This document shows, in pieces, positions 11,175-18,774 of a DNA stretch of 24,000 nt. The position numbers were made by a program, and so were the translations under genes. The notes under the pieces are model-generated. The model was not told where the DNA came from and did no database searches. It saw nothing but the letters and a program-made list of their open reading frames with translations. Source of the DNA: Myxococcota bacterium. Lineage in GTDB: Bacteria; Myxococcota_A; UBA9160; UBA6930. The DNA is taken from assembly GCA_020027245.1 (NCBI GenBank), contig JAHRAN010000066.1:6994-30993 (forward strand), written 5' to 3'. Position 1 is the first letter of the stretch; each line of letters starts with the position of its first letter.

Positions 11175-14100
11175 TGAGCACCCTCGCGCACACTCTGCAG
11201 GAACTCGCCAGGCAGCGCATCCTGATCAAGGACGGCGCCTTCGGCACACTGGTGCAGGCCGAGGCGCTCGGCGAGCAGGACTTCCGTGGCGAGCGCTTTG
11301 GCGATCACCCGACAGACTTGAAGGGCAACACCGACATCCTGACGCTGAGCCGGCCCGAGCTGGTGCGCGACATCCACGAGCGCTTTCTCGAAGCGGGCGC
11401 CGACCTGCTCGGCACGAACACCTTCACCGCCAACGCGATTTCGCAGGCGGACTACAAAGCGGCGGCGTTCGTGCGCGAGATGAACCGGCGCGCGGCGGAG
11501 CTTGCGTGCGCGGCCGCCGAGGCCTGGTCGGCGAAGACCCCGCACAAGCCGCGCTTCGTGGCTGGCGCCATCGGCCCCACCAACCGCACGCTGTCGCTCT
11601 CCCCCGATGTGAACGACCCCGCGGCGCGCAGCATCACCTGGGATGAACTCGTCCGCGCCTACCGCGAGCAGGTGCGGGGACTGCTCGAAGGCGGCGCGCA
11701 GTTGCTGCTCATCGAGACCATCTTCGACACGCTGAATGCGAAAGCCGCGCTGGTTGCGATAGATGAGGTGTTCCGCGAGCGCGGCAAGCGCGTGCCGCTG
11801 CTGGTGTCGCTCACCGTCACCGACAACAGCGGCCGCACCTTGTCGGGGCAGACTGTTGACGCCTTCTATCATTCGATCCGCCACGCCGACCCGCTCTTCG
11901 TCGGCATCAACTGCTCGCTCGGCGCCGCGCATCTGCGGCCCTACCTCGTTGAACTCGCCGGGAGCGCGGACACCCTGACTTCCTGTTACCCGAACGCGGG
12001 CCTGCCGAATGCGATGGGCGAATATGATGAATCGCCAGCGCAGAGCGGCGCGCTGCTGCGCGAGTTCGGGGAGAGCGGCTTGCTCAATCTGGTCGGCGGT
12101 TGCTGCGGCATGGGGCCGGCGCACATCAAGGCCATCGCCGAGCAGGTCGAGGGCCTGCCGCCGCGCCAGCCGAACCGGGAGCGGCCCGCGCGCACCCGGT
12201 TCTCCGGGCTCGAAACCCTCGAACTGCGCCCCGAGAGCGGCTTTCAGATGATCGGCGAGCGCACCAATGTGACCGGCTCGGCGCGCTTTCGCCGCCTGAT
12301 CCGGGAGCAGGACTTCGAGGGCGCGAGCCGCGTGGCGCTCGATCAGGTGCGCGGCGGCGCCAACCTGCTCGATGTCAACATGGACGAGGGCCTGCTCGAC
12401 AGCGCCGCCTGCATGCGCCGCTTCCTGAACACGATCGCCGCCGATCCCGAAATCGCGCGCGTGCCGGTGATGATTGACAGCTCGAAGTTCGAGGTGATCG
12501 AGGCCGGGCTGCAGTGCTGTCAGGGCAAGAGCGTCGTCAACTCCATCTCGCTGAAGGATGGCGAGCCGCGTTTTCTGGAAACCGCCAGACAGGTGCGGCG
12601 CTACGGCGCGGCGGTGGTGGTGATGGCCTTCGATGAAAAAGGCCAGGCCGACACGCTCGCGCGCAAGGTCGAGATCTGCAAGCGCGCCTTCGATCTGCTG
12701 ACGCAGCAGGCCGGGTTCCCGCCCGAGGACATCATCTTCGACCCGAACATTCTGGCGATCGGCACCGGCCTGGAGGAGCACGCCGCCTACGCGCTGGCCT
12801 TCATCGAGGCGACCCGCGAGATCAAGAAGCGCTGCCCCGGCGTGCACATCTCCGGCGGCGTTTCGAACCTCTCGTTCTCTTTCCGCGGCAACGACCGGGT
12901 GCGCGAGGCAATCCACTCGGCGTTTCTCTATCACGCGGTGCAGGCTGGCCTCGACATGGGCATCGTGAACGCCGGGCAGCTCGAGGTGTATGAGGACATC
13001 CCCGAAGCGTTGCGCGAGCGCGTCGAGGACCTGCTGCTGAACCGCCGCCCCGACGCCACCGAGCGGCTGGTGGACTTCGCAAGCAGCGTTCGCGGCGGAT
13101 CAAAAACAAAAACGCGCGAGCGCGATGAGGGCTGGCGCGAGCTGCCGGTCAAAAAGCGTCTCGCACACGCGCTGCGCCACGGCATCACCGACTGGATCGA
13201 AGCGGACACCGAAGAGGCGCGGCGCGAACTCGGCCAGCCGCTTCTCGTCATCGAAGGCCCCTTGATGGACGGCATGAACGAGGTCGGCGAACTCTTCGGC
13301 AGCGGACAGATGTTCCTGCCGCAGGTGGTGAAGAGCGCGCGCGCAATGAAACAGGCGGTGGCCGTGCTCGAACCCTGGATGGAGACCGAGCGCGCGCAGG
13401 GCGGAGCATCGAACAAGGGGCGCGTGGTGATCGCCACCGTGAAGGGCGATGTACACGACATCGGCAAAAACATCGTCGCCGTGGTGCTGCGCTGCAACAA
13501 CTATGAGGTCATTGATCTCGGCGTGATGGCGCCGGTCGAGAAAATTCTCGAAACGGCGCGCGAGAAGGACTGCGATCTGATCGGCCTCTCCGGTCTGATC
13601 ACACCGAGCCTCGACGAGATGCAAAATGTGGCGAAGGAAATGCAGCGGCGCGGCGTGACCCTGCCGCTGCTGATCGGCGGCGCCACGACGAGCCGGAAGC
13701 ACACTGCAGTGCGCATCGCGCCCGCCTTCGAGGCGCAGCCGGTGCTGCACGTGAAGGACGCATCGCGCGCGGTCGGCGTGGTCGCGCAACTGCTCGACCC
13801 CGACAAGCGGCGCACACTCGACGCCGATAACCGCCGCCAGCAAGAGCAACTGCGCGCGCTGCACGCCGGGCAACTCCAGCGGGAGCGGCTCAGCCTCGAA
13901 GCGGCGCGGGCGGCAAAGCCGCAACTCGAATGGCGCGACGAGGCGCCGGCCACGCCCACCTTTCTGGGCCGCCGCGCGCTGCAAGCGCCACTCGAAGAAT
14001 TGCGCGAAACCATAGACTGGAGCTTCTTTTTCAGCGCCTGGGAATTGCGCGGGCGCTACCCCGCCATCCTCGATCACCCGCAGAAGGGCGAGGAGGCGCG

Positions 14101-14869
14101 ACGGCTTTACGACGACGCCAACCGCCTGCTCGACCGCATCATCGCCGAGGGGTTGATCGAGGCGCGCGGCGTTTATGGCTTCTGGCGCGCCGCCGCAGAC
14201 GGTGACGACATCGTGCTCTACGACGACAAAGACCCGACCCGCGAGCGCTGCCGCTTCCCGATGCTGCGGCAGCAACACCCGAAGGGCAGCAGCGAGCCTT
14301 GCCGGTCGCTCTCCGACTTCGTGGCGCCACGGGGTTCGGGCAGCGGCGATTCGGTCGGCGCGTTCGCGGTCACCGCGGGCATCGGCGCCGATGAACTGGC
14401 GCGGCGCTTCGAGCAGGACGAGAACGACCCCTACCAGTCCATCATGGTCAAGGCGCTGGCCGACCGGCTGGCCGAGAGTTTCGCCGAGTGGCTGCACGCA
14501 CGCGTTCGCCGCGAGTGGGGCTACGGCCGCGACGAGAACTTCACGAACGAGGAGTTGATAGCAGAGCGCTATCGCGGCATCCGCCCGGCCTTCGGTTACC
14601 CGGCCTGCCCCGATCACAGCCGCAAAGGCACCCTCTTCGAGTTGCTCGACGCCGAACAGCAGGGCATCGCGCTGACCGGGAGCATGATGATGACTCCCGC
14701 CGCCAGCGTCTCGGGACTGTACTTCGCGCATCCGAAAGCGCGGTACTTCGACATCGGGCGCATCGGACGCGACCAGGTGCAGGACTACGCCGCGCGCTGC
14801 GGCTGCGAGGTCGCCGAGGTCGAGCGCTGGCTCGCGTCGAACCTCGGCTACGAACCGGCAGCGCGCTGA
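11174..14869 (+). CDS. metH: cobalamin-dependent methionine synthase
   Basis: 1231 aa from the ATG at 11174 ([25 protein letters not shown]). All four modules are recognisable. These are the homocysteine-binding module ([19 protein letters not shown]), the pterin-binding module ([22 protein letters not shown]), the B12-binding module with DxHxxG ([11 protein letters not shown]) and [10 protein letters not shown], and the AdoMet reactivation domain ([12 protein letters not shown]). The upstream 58 codons of the track ORF overlap the regulator gene and are rejected. Confidence 0.97.
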   Translation: MSTLAHTLQELARQRILIKDGAFGTLVQAEALGEQDFRGERFGDHPTDLKGNTDILTLSRPELVRDIHERFLEAGADLLGTNTFTANAISQADYKAAAFVREMNRRAAELACAAAEAWSAKTPHKPRFVAGAIGPTNRTLSLSPDVNDPAARSITWDELVRAYREQVRGLLEGGAQLLLIETIFDTLNAKAALVAIDEVFRERGKRVPLLVSLTVTDNSGRTLSGQTVDAFYHSIRHADPLFVGINCSLGAAHLRPYLVELAGSADTLTSCYPNAGLPNAMGEYDESPAQSGALLREFGESGLLNLVGGCCGMGPAHIKAIAEQVEGLPPRQPNRERPARTRFSGLETLELRPESGFQMIGERTNVTGSARFRRLIREQDFEGASRVALDQVRGGANLLDVNMDEGLLDSAACMRRFLNTIAADPEIARVPVMIDSSKFEVIEAGLQCCQGKSVVNSISLKDGEPRFLETARQVRRYGAAVVVMAFDEKGQADTLARKVEICKRAFDLLTQQAGFPPEDIIFDPNILAIGTGLEEHAAYALAFIEATREIKKRCPGVHISGGVSNLSFSFRGNDRVREAIHSAFLYHAVQAGLDMGIVNAGQLEVYEDIPEALRERVEDLLLNRRPDATERLVDFASSVRGGSKTKTRERDEGWRELPVKKRLAHALRHGITDWIEADTEEARRELGQPLLVIEGPLMDGMNEVGELFGSGQMFLPQVVKSARAMKQAVAVLEPWMETERAQGGASNKGRVVIATVKGDVHDIGKNIVAVVLRCNNYEVIDLGVMAPVEKILETAREKDCDLIGLSGLITPSLDEMQNVAKEMQRRGVTLPLLIGGATTSRKHTAVRIAPAFEAQPVLHVKDASRAVGVVAQLLDPDKRRTLDADNRRQQEQLRALHAGQLQRERLSLEAARAAKPQLEWRDEAPATPTFLGRRALQAPLEELRETIDWSFFFSAWELRGRYPAILDHPQKGEEARRLYDDANRLLDRIIAEGLIEARGVYGFWRAAADGDDIVLYDDKDPTRERCRFPMLRQQHPKGSSEPCRSLSDFVAPRGSGSGDSVGAFAVTAGIGADELARRFEQDENDPYQSIMVKALADRLAESFAEWLHARVRREWGYGRDENFTNEELIAERYRGIRPAFGYPACPDHSRKGTLFELLDAEQQGIALTGSMMMTPAASVSGLYFAHPKARYFDIGRIGRDQVQDYAARCGCEVAEVERWLASNLGYEPAAR

Positions 14870-14870
14870 A

Positions 14871-14996
14871 CTCCGGCAGCGGCTCGGCGCGGTCAACGGG
14901 CGGGGCGGGTTCCGGCGGCGGCTCGGACAGCCGCTCGGGGCGGTCAACAGGATGGGCGGGGTGCGTAGCACCCCGGTCGCGGTCAACGGGAGTGAG
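14871..14996. repeat. 39-bp tandem repeat family, locus A (one full unit, one unit interrupted or duplicated internally, one degenerate unit)
   Basis: The full unit at 14871-14909 is ctccggcagcggctcggcgcggtcaacgggcggggcggg. A truncated unit at 14910-14927 (ttccggcggcggctcgga) is followed by unit positions 7-39 at 14928-14960. A degenerate copy keeping the core gcggtcaacggg ends near 14990. The core CGGSGCGGTCAAMRGG recurs 3 times here. The locus starts 1 nt after the metH stop. Confidence 0.75.
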
Positions 14997-15018
14997 GCGC
15001 TGTGTTGTTAAAGACTCG

Positions 15019-15051
15019 GCGGGGGGCGACAGCACACGCCCCGCGGCTTTT
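15019..15051 (+). terminator. candidate rho-independent terminator downstream of metH
   Basis: GCGGGG (15019-15024) pairs with CCCCGC (15039-15044) around a 14-nt loop and is followed by GGCTTTTGCTC. The stem is short, the loop is large and the T-tract is only 4 nt, so support is modest. It lies only 17 nt upstream of the HAD ATG. Confidence 0.35.
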
Positions 15052-15067
15052 GCTCTAGGCTCGTGGC

Positions 15068-15766
15068 ATGACCCGGCGCATTCAGGCTGCGCTCTTCGAT
15101 GTGGCGGGAACCCTGCTGCTGCTGCGCGAGCCGGTCGGCGTCTGCTACGCGCGCATCGCCCGAAGTCACGGCGTAACGCTGCCCGCCGCGCGGCTGGACG
15201 AGGCCTTCGCGCGCGTATTTGCGGCGGCGCCCGCCAATGTTCACCCGGGGCAGCCGATGTGGAAGAGCGCCAGGCTCGAGCGCGAGTGGTGGCGCGCGCG
15301 GCTGCGTGAGACTTTTCGCGCCGCCGACCAGAGCGTGTGCTTCAATAACTTCAATACTTTTTATGACGAGGTCTGGGCGCACTACGCCTCGCCCGCAGCC
15401 TGGCGCGTGGCCGACGGCGCGCGCGAAGCGCTCAGCAAGCTGGCGGCATCCGGCGTGCTGCTCGGCGCGCTGTCGAACTTCGATCAGCGCCTGCGGCCAC
15501 TGCTCACCGCCTTCGAGCTGCACGCCTGCTTCGACGCCGTCACCACCCCCGCCGACGCAGGCGCCGCAAAGCCCGACCGCGCCATCTTCGATGTCTGCCT
15601 GAAGCGGCTCAACACGCCTGCGCCGCGCGCGCTGTACATCGGCAACCAGGCAGCCGGGGACATCGAGGCGGCCCGCGCCGCCGGCCTTCACGCCATCGCC
15701 GTGGAGCAAATCCAGAGCCTCGCGGCGCTGCCGGACGAAGTCGCCCGCATCGAGGCCAGCGAATGA
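15068..15766 (+). CDS. HAD-superfamily hydrolase, subfamily IA (REG-2/HDHD3-like)
   Basis: 232-aa ORF. Motif I appears near the N-terminus as ALFDVAGTLLLLREP, a DxxGT variant like the REG-2/HDHD3 group. Also present are an SNFD-type motif II region (LGALSNFDQRL), K(P)D (AAKPDRAIF) and the C-terminal IGNQAAGDIEAARAAG. Confidence 0.85.
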   Translation: MTRRIQAALFDVAGTLLLLREPVGVCYARIARSHGVTLPAARLDEAFARVFAAAPANVHPGQPMWKSARLEREWWRARLRETFRAADQSVCFNNFNTFYDEVWAHYASPAAWRVADGAREALSKLAASGVLLGALSNFDQRLRPLLTAFELHACFDAVTTPADAGAAKPDRAIFDVCLKRLNTPAPRALYIGNQAAGDIEAARAAGLHAIAVEQIQSLAALPDEVARIEASE

Positions 15767-15832
15767 CGAAACCCCGGCCGCACTCCGCTACGCTGCTAGA
15801 TTGGCAAGTGCGCAGGCGGCGCCATACGACGC

Positions 15833-15949
15833 CTCCGGCAGCCGCCCGGGGCGGTCAAAAGGATGGGCGGATTCCGGCAGCGGCTCGGCGCGGTCCAAAG
15901 GCTGGGCGAGTTCCGGCAGCCGCTCGGGGCGGTCAACGGGATGGAGCGC
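15833..15949. repeat. 39-bp tandem repeat family, locus B (three contiguous units)
   Basis: Units lie at 15833-15871, 15872-15910 and 15911-15949. Examples are ttccggcagcggctcggcgcggtccaaaggctgggcgag and ttccggcagccgctcggggcggtcaacgggatggagcgc. They are in the same orientation and share the same core as locus A. They sit between the HAD stop (15766) and the MBL start (15990). Confidence 0.85.
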
Positions 15950-15989
15950 GCCGCGCGACGCAACGCGTCGCTCGGCGCGCGGAGGATTG

Positions 15990-16874
15990 ATGGCGGACGC
16001 ACCCGTACTGCTGGGGATGGAGTTGCCGGACACCGACGTCTGGTCGGAGCGCGTCACCGTGGCGCTCGGCCAGAACCCGGGCGCGTTCACCGGCCCCGGC
16101 ACCAACACCTACCTGATCGGCCGCGGGGTCAAACGCCTGCTGCTCGACCCCGGCGAGGGGCGCGCGGCATACCTGCCGGTGCTCGAAGCCGCCCTCGAGC
16201 GCGCGGAATGCGAGGGCATCGAGGCCATTGTGCTGACCCACGCGCACCCCGACCACATCGGCGGCGTGCGCTCGGTGCGGGAGCGCTTTGGCCGTGTGCC
16301 CGTCTTCAAGTTTCTTCACGCCGAGTGCGACGCGGGCTACGAAGACCTCGATCTCCAGCCGCTCGCCGACGGTGAGCGCATCGAAACCACGGGCGCCACG
16401 CTGCGCGGTCTGCACACGCCGGGGCATGCGCGCGATCACCTCTGCTTCGTGCTCGAAGAAGAGCGGGCGCTGTTCTCCGGCGACAACGTGCTGGGCGTCG
16501 GCACAACCGTGATCCCCCTCGGCAGCGGCGACCTCGGCGCCTACATGGCCTCGCTCGAGCGGCTGCTGGCCGAGGCGCCGCGCTGCATCTACCCGGCGCA
16601 TGGCCCGAAAATCGAGGACGGGGTCGGCAAGCTGCGCGAGTACATCGCGCACCGAAATCAGCGCGAAGCGCAGGTGAGAGCGGAACTCGAGCGCGGGCCG
16701 CGCGACGCCATGGGCATCGTGCGCGTGCTGTATGAGGCGTACCCGGCCACTCTGCATCCGGTGGCGGCCCAGTCGGTGTGTCAGCACCTGCTGAAGCTCG
16801 AACGCGAGGGGCGGGTGCGTTGCGATGGCAAAGACCCGCTCGAAGCCACCTGGCGCGCGACCACCGAAGCCTGA
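15990..16874 (+). CDS. MBL-fold metallo-hydrolase (LACTB2-like, with C-terminal winged-helix-like extension)
   Basis: The start is at the ATG at 15990, preceded by GGAGGATTG. The N-terminus reads MADAPVLL...VALGQNPGAFTGPGTNTYLIG. The metal-binding motif is THAHPDHIGG, followed by HTPGHARDHLCFVLEEERALFSGDNVLG and YPAHGP, then KLREYIAHRNQREAQV. This pattern matches the LACTB2-type subfamily. The 63-codon upstream extension in the track is repeat DNA and is rejected. Confidence 0.85.
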   Translation: MADAPVLLGMELPDTDVWSERVTVALGQNPGAFTGPGTNTYLIGRGVKRLLLDPGEGRAAYLPVLEAALERAECEGIEAIVLTHAHPDHIGGVRSVRERFGRVPVFKFLHAECDAGYEDLDLQPLADGERIETTGATLRGLHTPGHARDHLCFVLEEERALFSGDNVLGVGTTVIPLGSGDLGAYMASLERLLAEAPRCIYPAHGPKIEDGVGKLREYIAHRNQREAQVRAELERGPRDAMGIVRVLYEAYPATLHPVAAQSVCQHLLKLEREGRVRCDGKDPLEATWRATTEA

Positions 16875-16883
16875 TGTGCGCCA

Positions 16884-16926
16884 CCCGTGGCCGCCACTTG
16901 CCCACCCGCGCCACGGGCTGTATTTT
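16884..16926 (+). promoter_or_regulatory. 8-bp GC-rich inverted repeat plus T-run, overlapping sigma-70-like hexamers upstream of rubrerythrin (terminator of MBL gene and/or promoter-operator)
   Basis: CCCGTGGC (16884-16891) and GCCACGGG (16910-16917) form a perfect inverted repeat with an 18-nt spacer, followed by CTGTATTTTGG. The same DNA reads TTGCCC (16898-16903)-N17-TATTTT (16921-16926), 36 nt upstream of the rubrerythrin ATG with AAAGGAG as SD. The two readings cannot be separated from sequence alone. Confidence 0.4.
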
Positions 16927-16961
16927 GGAACACACCGTCACCTGCAAAGGAGAACCAGACC

Positions 16962-17387
16962 ATGGCCACGTTGAAAGGCAGCCGCACGCATCAGAACCTG
17001 AAGGACGCCTTCGCCGGCGAGTCCCAGGCCAACCGGCGCTACCTGTATTTCGCCCGGCAGGCGGACATCGAGGGCTACCCGGATGTCGGCGGGTTGTTCC
17101 GCGACACGGCCGAGGCCGAGACCGGCCACGCCCACGGCCACCTCGACTACCTGAAGGCGGTCGGCGACCCGGCCACCGATAAACCCATCGGCTCGACCGA
17201 CAAGAACCTGGTCGCCGCGGTGACCGGCGAGACTTTTGAGTACACCGAGATGTACCCGGGCATGGCGAAAACCGCGCGTGACGAGCAGCACGCGGAGATC
17301 GCCGAGTGGTTCGAAACACTCGCCAAAGCCGAGAAGAGTCACGCGGGTCGCTTCCAGAAGGCGCTCGACGAACTCGAGAGCCTCTAG
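16962..17387 (+). CDS. rubrerythrin-family diiron protein (ferritin-like four-helix bundle only, no rubredoxin domain)
   Basis: 141 aa from the ATG at 16962 (SD AAAGGAG). The N-terminus is [35 protein letters not shown]. Diiron ligand motifs are GES...E-x-x-H ([11 protein letters not shown]) and, in the second half, GETFEY...E-x-x-H ([11 protein letters not shown]). No C-terminal CxxC pairs are present. Confidence 0.9.
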   Translation: MATLKGSRTHQNLKDAFAGESQANRRYLYFARQADIEGYPDVGGLFRDTAEAETGHAHGHLDYLKAVGDPATDKPIGSTDKNLVAAVTGETFEYTEMYPGMAKTARDEQHAEIAEWFETLAKAEKSHAGRFQKALDELESL

Positions 17388-17392
17388 GCGCG

Positions 17393-17429
17393 GGGCGGCG
17401 GCGGCAGCCCCGGCGGGCGACCGCCGCCC
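17393..17429 (+). promoter_or_regulatory. GC-rich inverted repeat in the rubrerythrin / Fe-S gene spacer (possible intra-operon attenuator or mRNA-stabilising hairpin)
   Basis: GGGCGGCGG (17393-17401) is complementary to CCGCCGCCC (17421-17429) across a 19-nt loop, starting 6 nt after the rubrerythrin stop. No T-tract follows it. The downstream gene has its own SD, GGGGAGGGG. Confidence 0.3.
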
Positions 17430-17463
17430 TGCCCCAGCATCCACGGGGAGGGGTTAAACGGCA

Positions 17464-18774
17464 ATGAAGGTCGAGTTGCCGGAAAAGCCGAGTGGCGAGT
17501 GGCGCTACCACGACCCCGATTTTGGCGATTTCCACAAACTCGAACGGGAGCTGCGCCGGGTCGCGGACATCTGCCACCAGTGTCGCCGCTGCCTGCCGCT
17601 CTGTCCCTCGTTCCCGAAGCTCTTCGAGCTGGTGGACGCCAGCGCGGACGAAGTGGCGGGCGTCGCACTCGAGGGTTTCGATCAGGTCAACGAACTCTGT
17701 TACCACTGCAAGCTCTGTTACAACCACTGCCCCTACACGCCGCCCCACGAGTGGGATGTTGATTTTCCCGCGCTGATGCGCCGTCACCAGCAGGCGCGCG
17801 CAAGGCGTGACGGCGTGCCGCTGGCGCGACGGCTCACCACGCGCACGGATCTGCTCGGCAAGCTCGGCGCGCTGACGCCGCCGCTGATGAACTTCGCCAA
17901 CCGGAACCGCCTGTCCCGCGTGATGATGGAAAAAATTCTCGGCATCCACCGCGACTGGGTGCAGCCCGCCTTCCACCATCAGACCGTGAAGCGCTGGTTT
18001 AACCGCCGCCGCCGCCGCGCCGCCGCGCCAGCGACGGAAAGCAGCGCCCCGAACGGGCGCGTGGCGTTCTTCACCACCTGCTCGGTGAACTACAACGACC
18101 CGGTCGTCGGACGCGCCGCCGTGCGCGTGCTCGAACACAACGATGTGCTGGTGGAACTGGTCTATGAGCGCTGCTGCGGCATGCCCTTCACCGATACCGG
18201 CGACCTCGACGCGGCACGACGCAACGCCGAGCGCAATGTCGCCGACCTGCTGCCGCAGGTCGAAGCCGGCGCGCTGATCGTCGCGCCGGGGCCGTCGTGC
18301 TCGCTGATGCTGAAGGAGGAATACCCGCGGCTCTTGCCGGAGAGTGCCGCTGCAAAGCGCGTCGCCGCCGCCACGCGCGACCTGATGGAATACCTGCACG
18401 GTCTGGCGAAGGAGAAGAAACTGAAGCGGGACTTCAAACATTCCTTCGGGCGGGTCGCCTGCCACGCGCCCTGCCATCTGCGCGCGCAGAACATCGGCTT
18501 CCGCTCGCGCGACCTGCTCCGACTCTGCGCCGATGAGGTCGAGTTGGTGGACGCCTGCTCGGGTGTGGACGGCACCTGGGGCATGCAGGCGCGCTTTCAC
18601 GACGCCTCGCTGCAGGTGGCGGACAAAATGCTGAGCCGCATCAAAGCCACCGCTGCCGACCAGGTCAGCACCGACTGCCCGCTTTCTGCGCTGCGCATCG
18701 AAGAGGGGCTCGGCATCAAGGCCCGTCACCCCGTCGTGCTGCTCTGCGAAGCGTATGGGCTGCCGACGACATGA
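17464..18774 (+). CDS. (Fe-S)-binding oxidoreductase with 2x[4Fe-4S] ferredoxin motifs and two CCG (cysteine-rich) domains (GlpC/HdrD/LldE-like)
   Basis: 436-aa ORF. It has two CxxCxxCxxxCP motifs (CHQCRRCLPLCP, CYHCKLCYNHCP). Two cysteine-rich CCG-type domains follow (FFTTCSVN...ERCCGMPF...GPSCS and ACHAPCHLR...DACSGVDGTWG...STDCPLS). Its stop overlaps the DUF3501 start (ATGA at 18771-18774). Confidence 0.9.
   Translation: MKVELPEKPSGEWRYHDPDFGDFHKLERELRRVADICHQCRRCLPLCPSFPKLFELVDASADEVAGVALEGFDQVNELCYHCKLCYNHCPYTPPHEWDVDFPALMRRHQQARARRDGVPLARRLTTRTDLLGKLGALTPPLMNFANRNRLSRVMMEKILGIHRDWVQPAFHHQTVKRWFNRRRRRAAAPATESSAPNGRVAFFTTCSVNYNDPVVGRAAVRVLEHNDVLVELVYERCCGMPFTDTGDLDAARRNAERNVADLLPQVEAGALIVAPGPSCSLMLKEEYPRLLPESAAAKRVAAATRDLMEYLHGLAKEKKLKRDFKHSFGRVACHAPCHLRAQNIGFRSRDLLRLCADEVELVDACSGVDGTWGMQARFHDASLQVADKMLSRIKATAADQVSTDCPLSALRIEEGLGIKARHPVVLLCEAYGLPTT

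Noticed and set aside
11100-11180. Looked for a cobalamin or SAM riboswitch leader in front of metH.
   Set aside because: There is no untranslated leader. The metH ATG overlaps the stop of the upstream regulator gene, so no room exists for a riboswitch at this position.
14871-15949. Possibility that the 39-bp repeats are a CRISPR array.
   Set aside because: The units are directly adjacent with no unique spacers, there are only 3 units per locus, the units are degenerate, and no cas genes are present. This is a tandem, REP-like repeat.
15801-15989. 63-codon N-terminal extension of the MBL hydrolase ORF (TTG start) encoding SGSGSARSKGWA-type repeats.
   Set aside because: It consists of the 39-bp repeat array. 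A good SD (GGAGG) and ATG at 15990 give an N-terminus of normal length for the LACTB2-like family.
15788-16108. 106-aa minus-strand ORF (and 14541-15035 at locus A) reading the repeats as PVDRPERLPE-type 13-residue repeats.
   Set aside because: It runs antisense into the start of the MBL gene (and into the metH 3' end at locus A). There is no SD or sensible start, and it is explained by the repeat length being a multiple of three in GC-rich DNA. Kept only as an alternative frame in the small-ORF finding.
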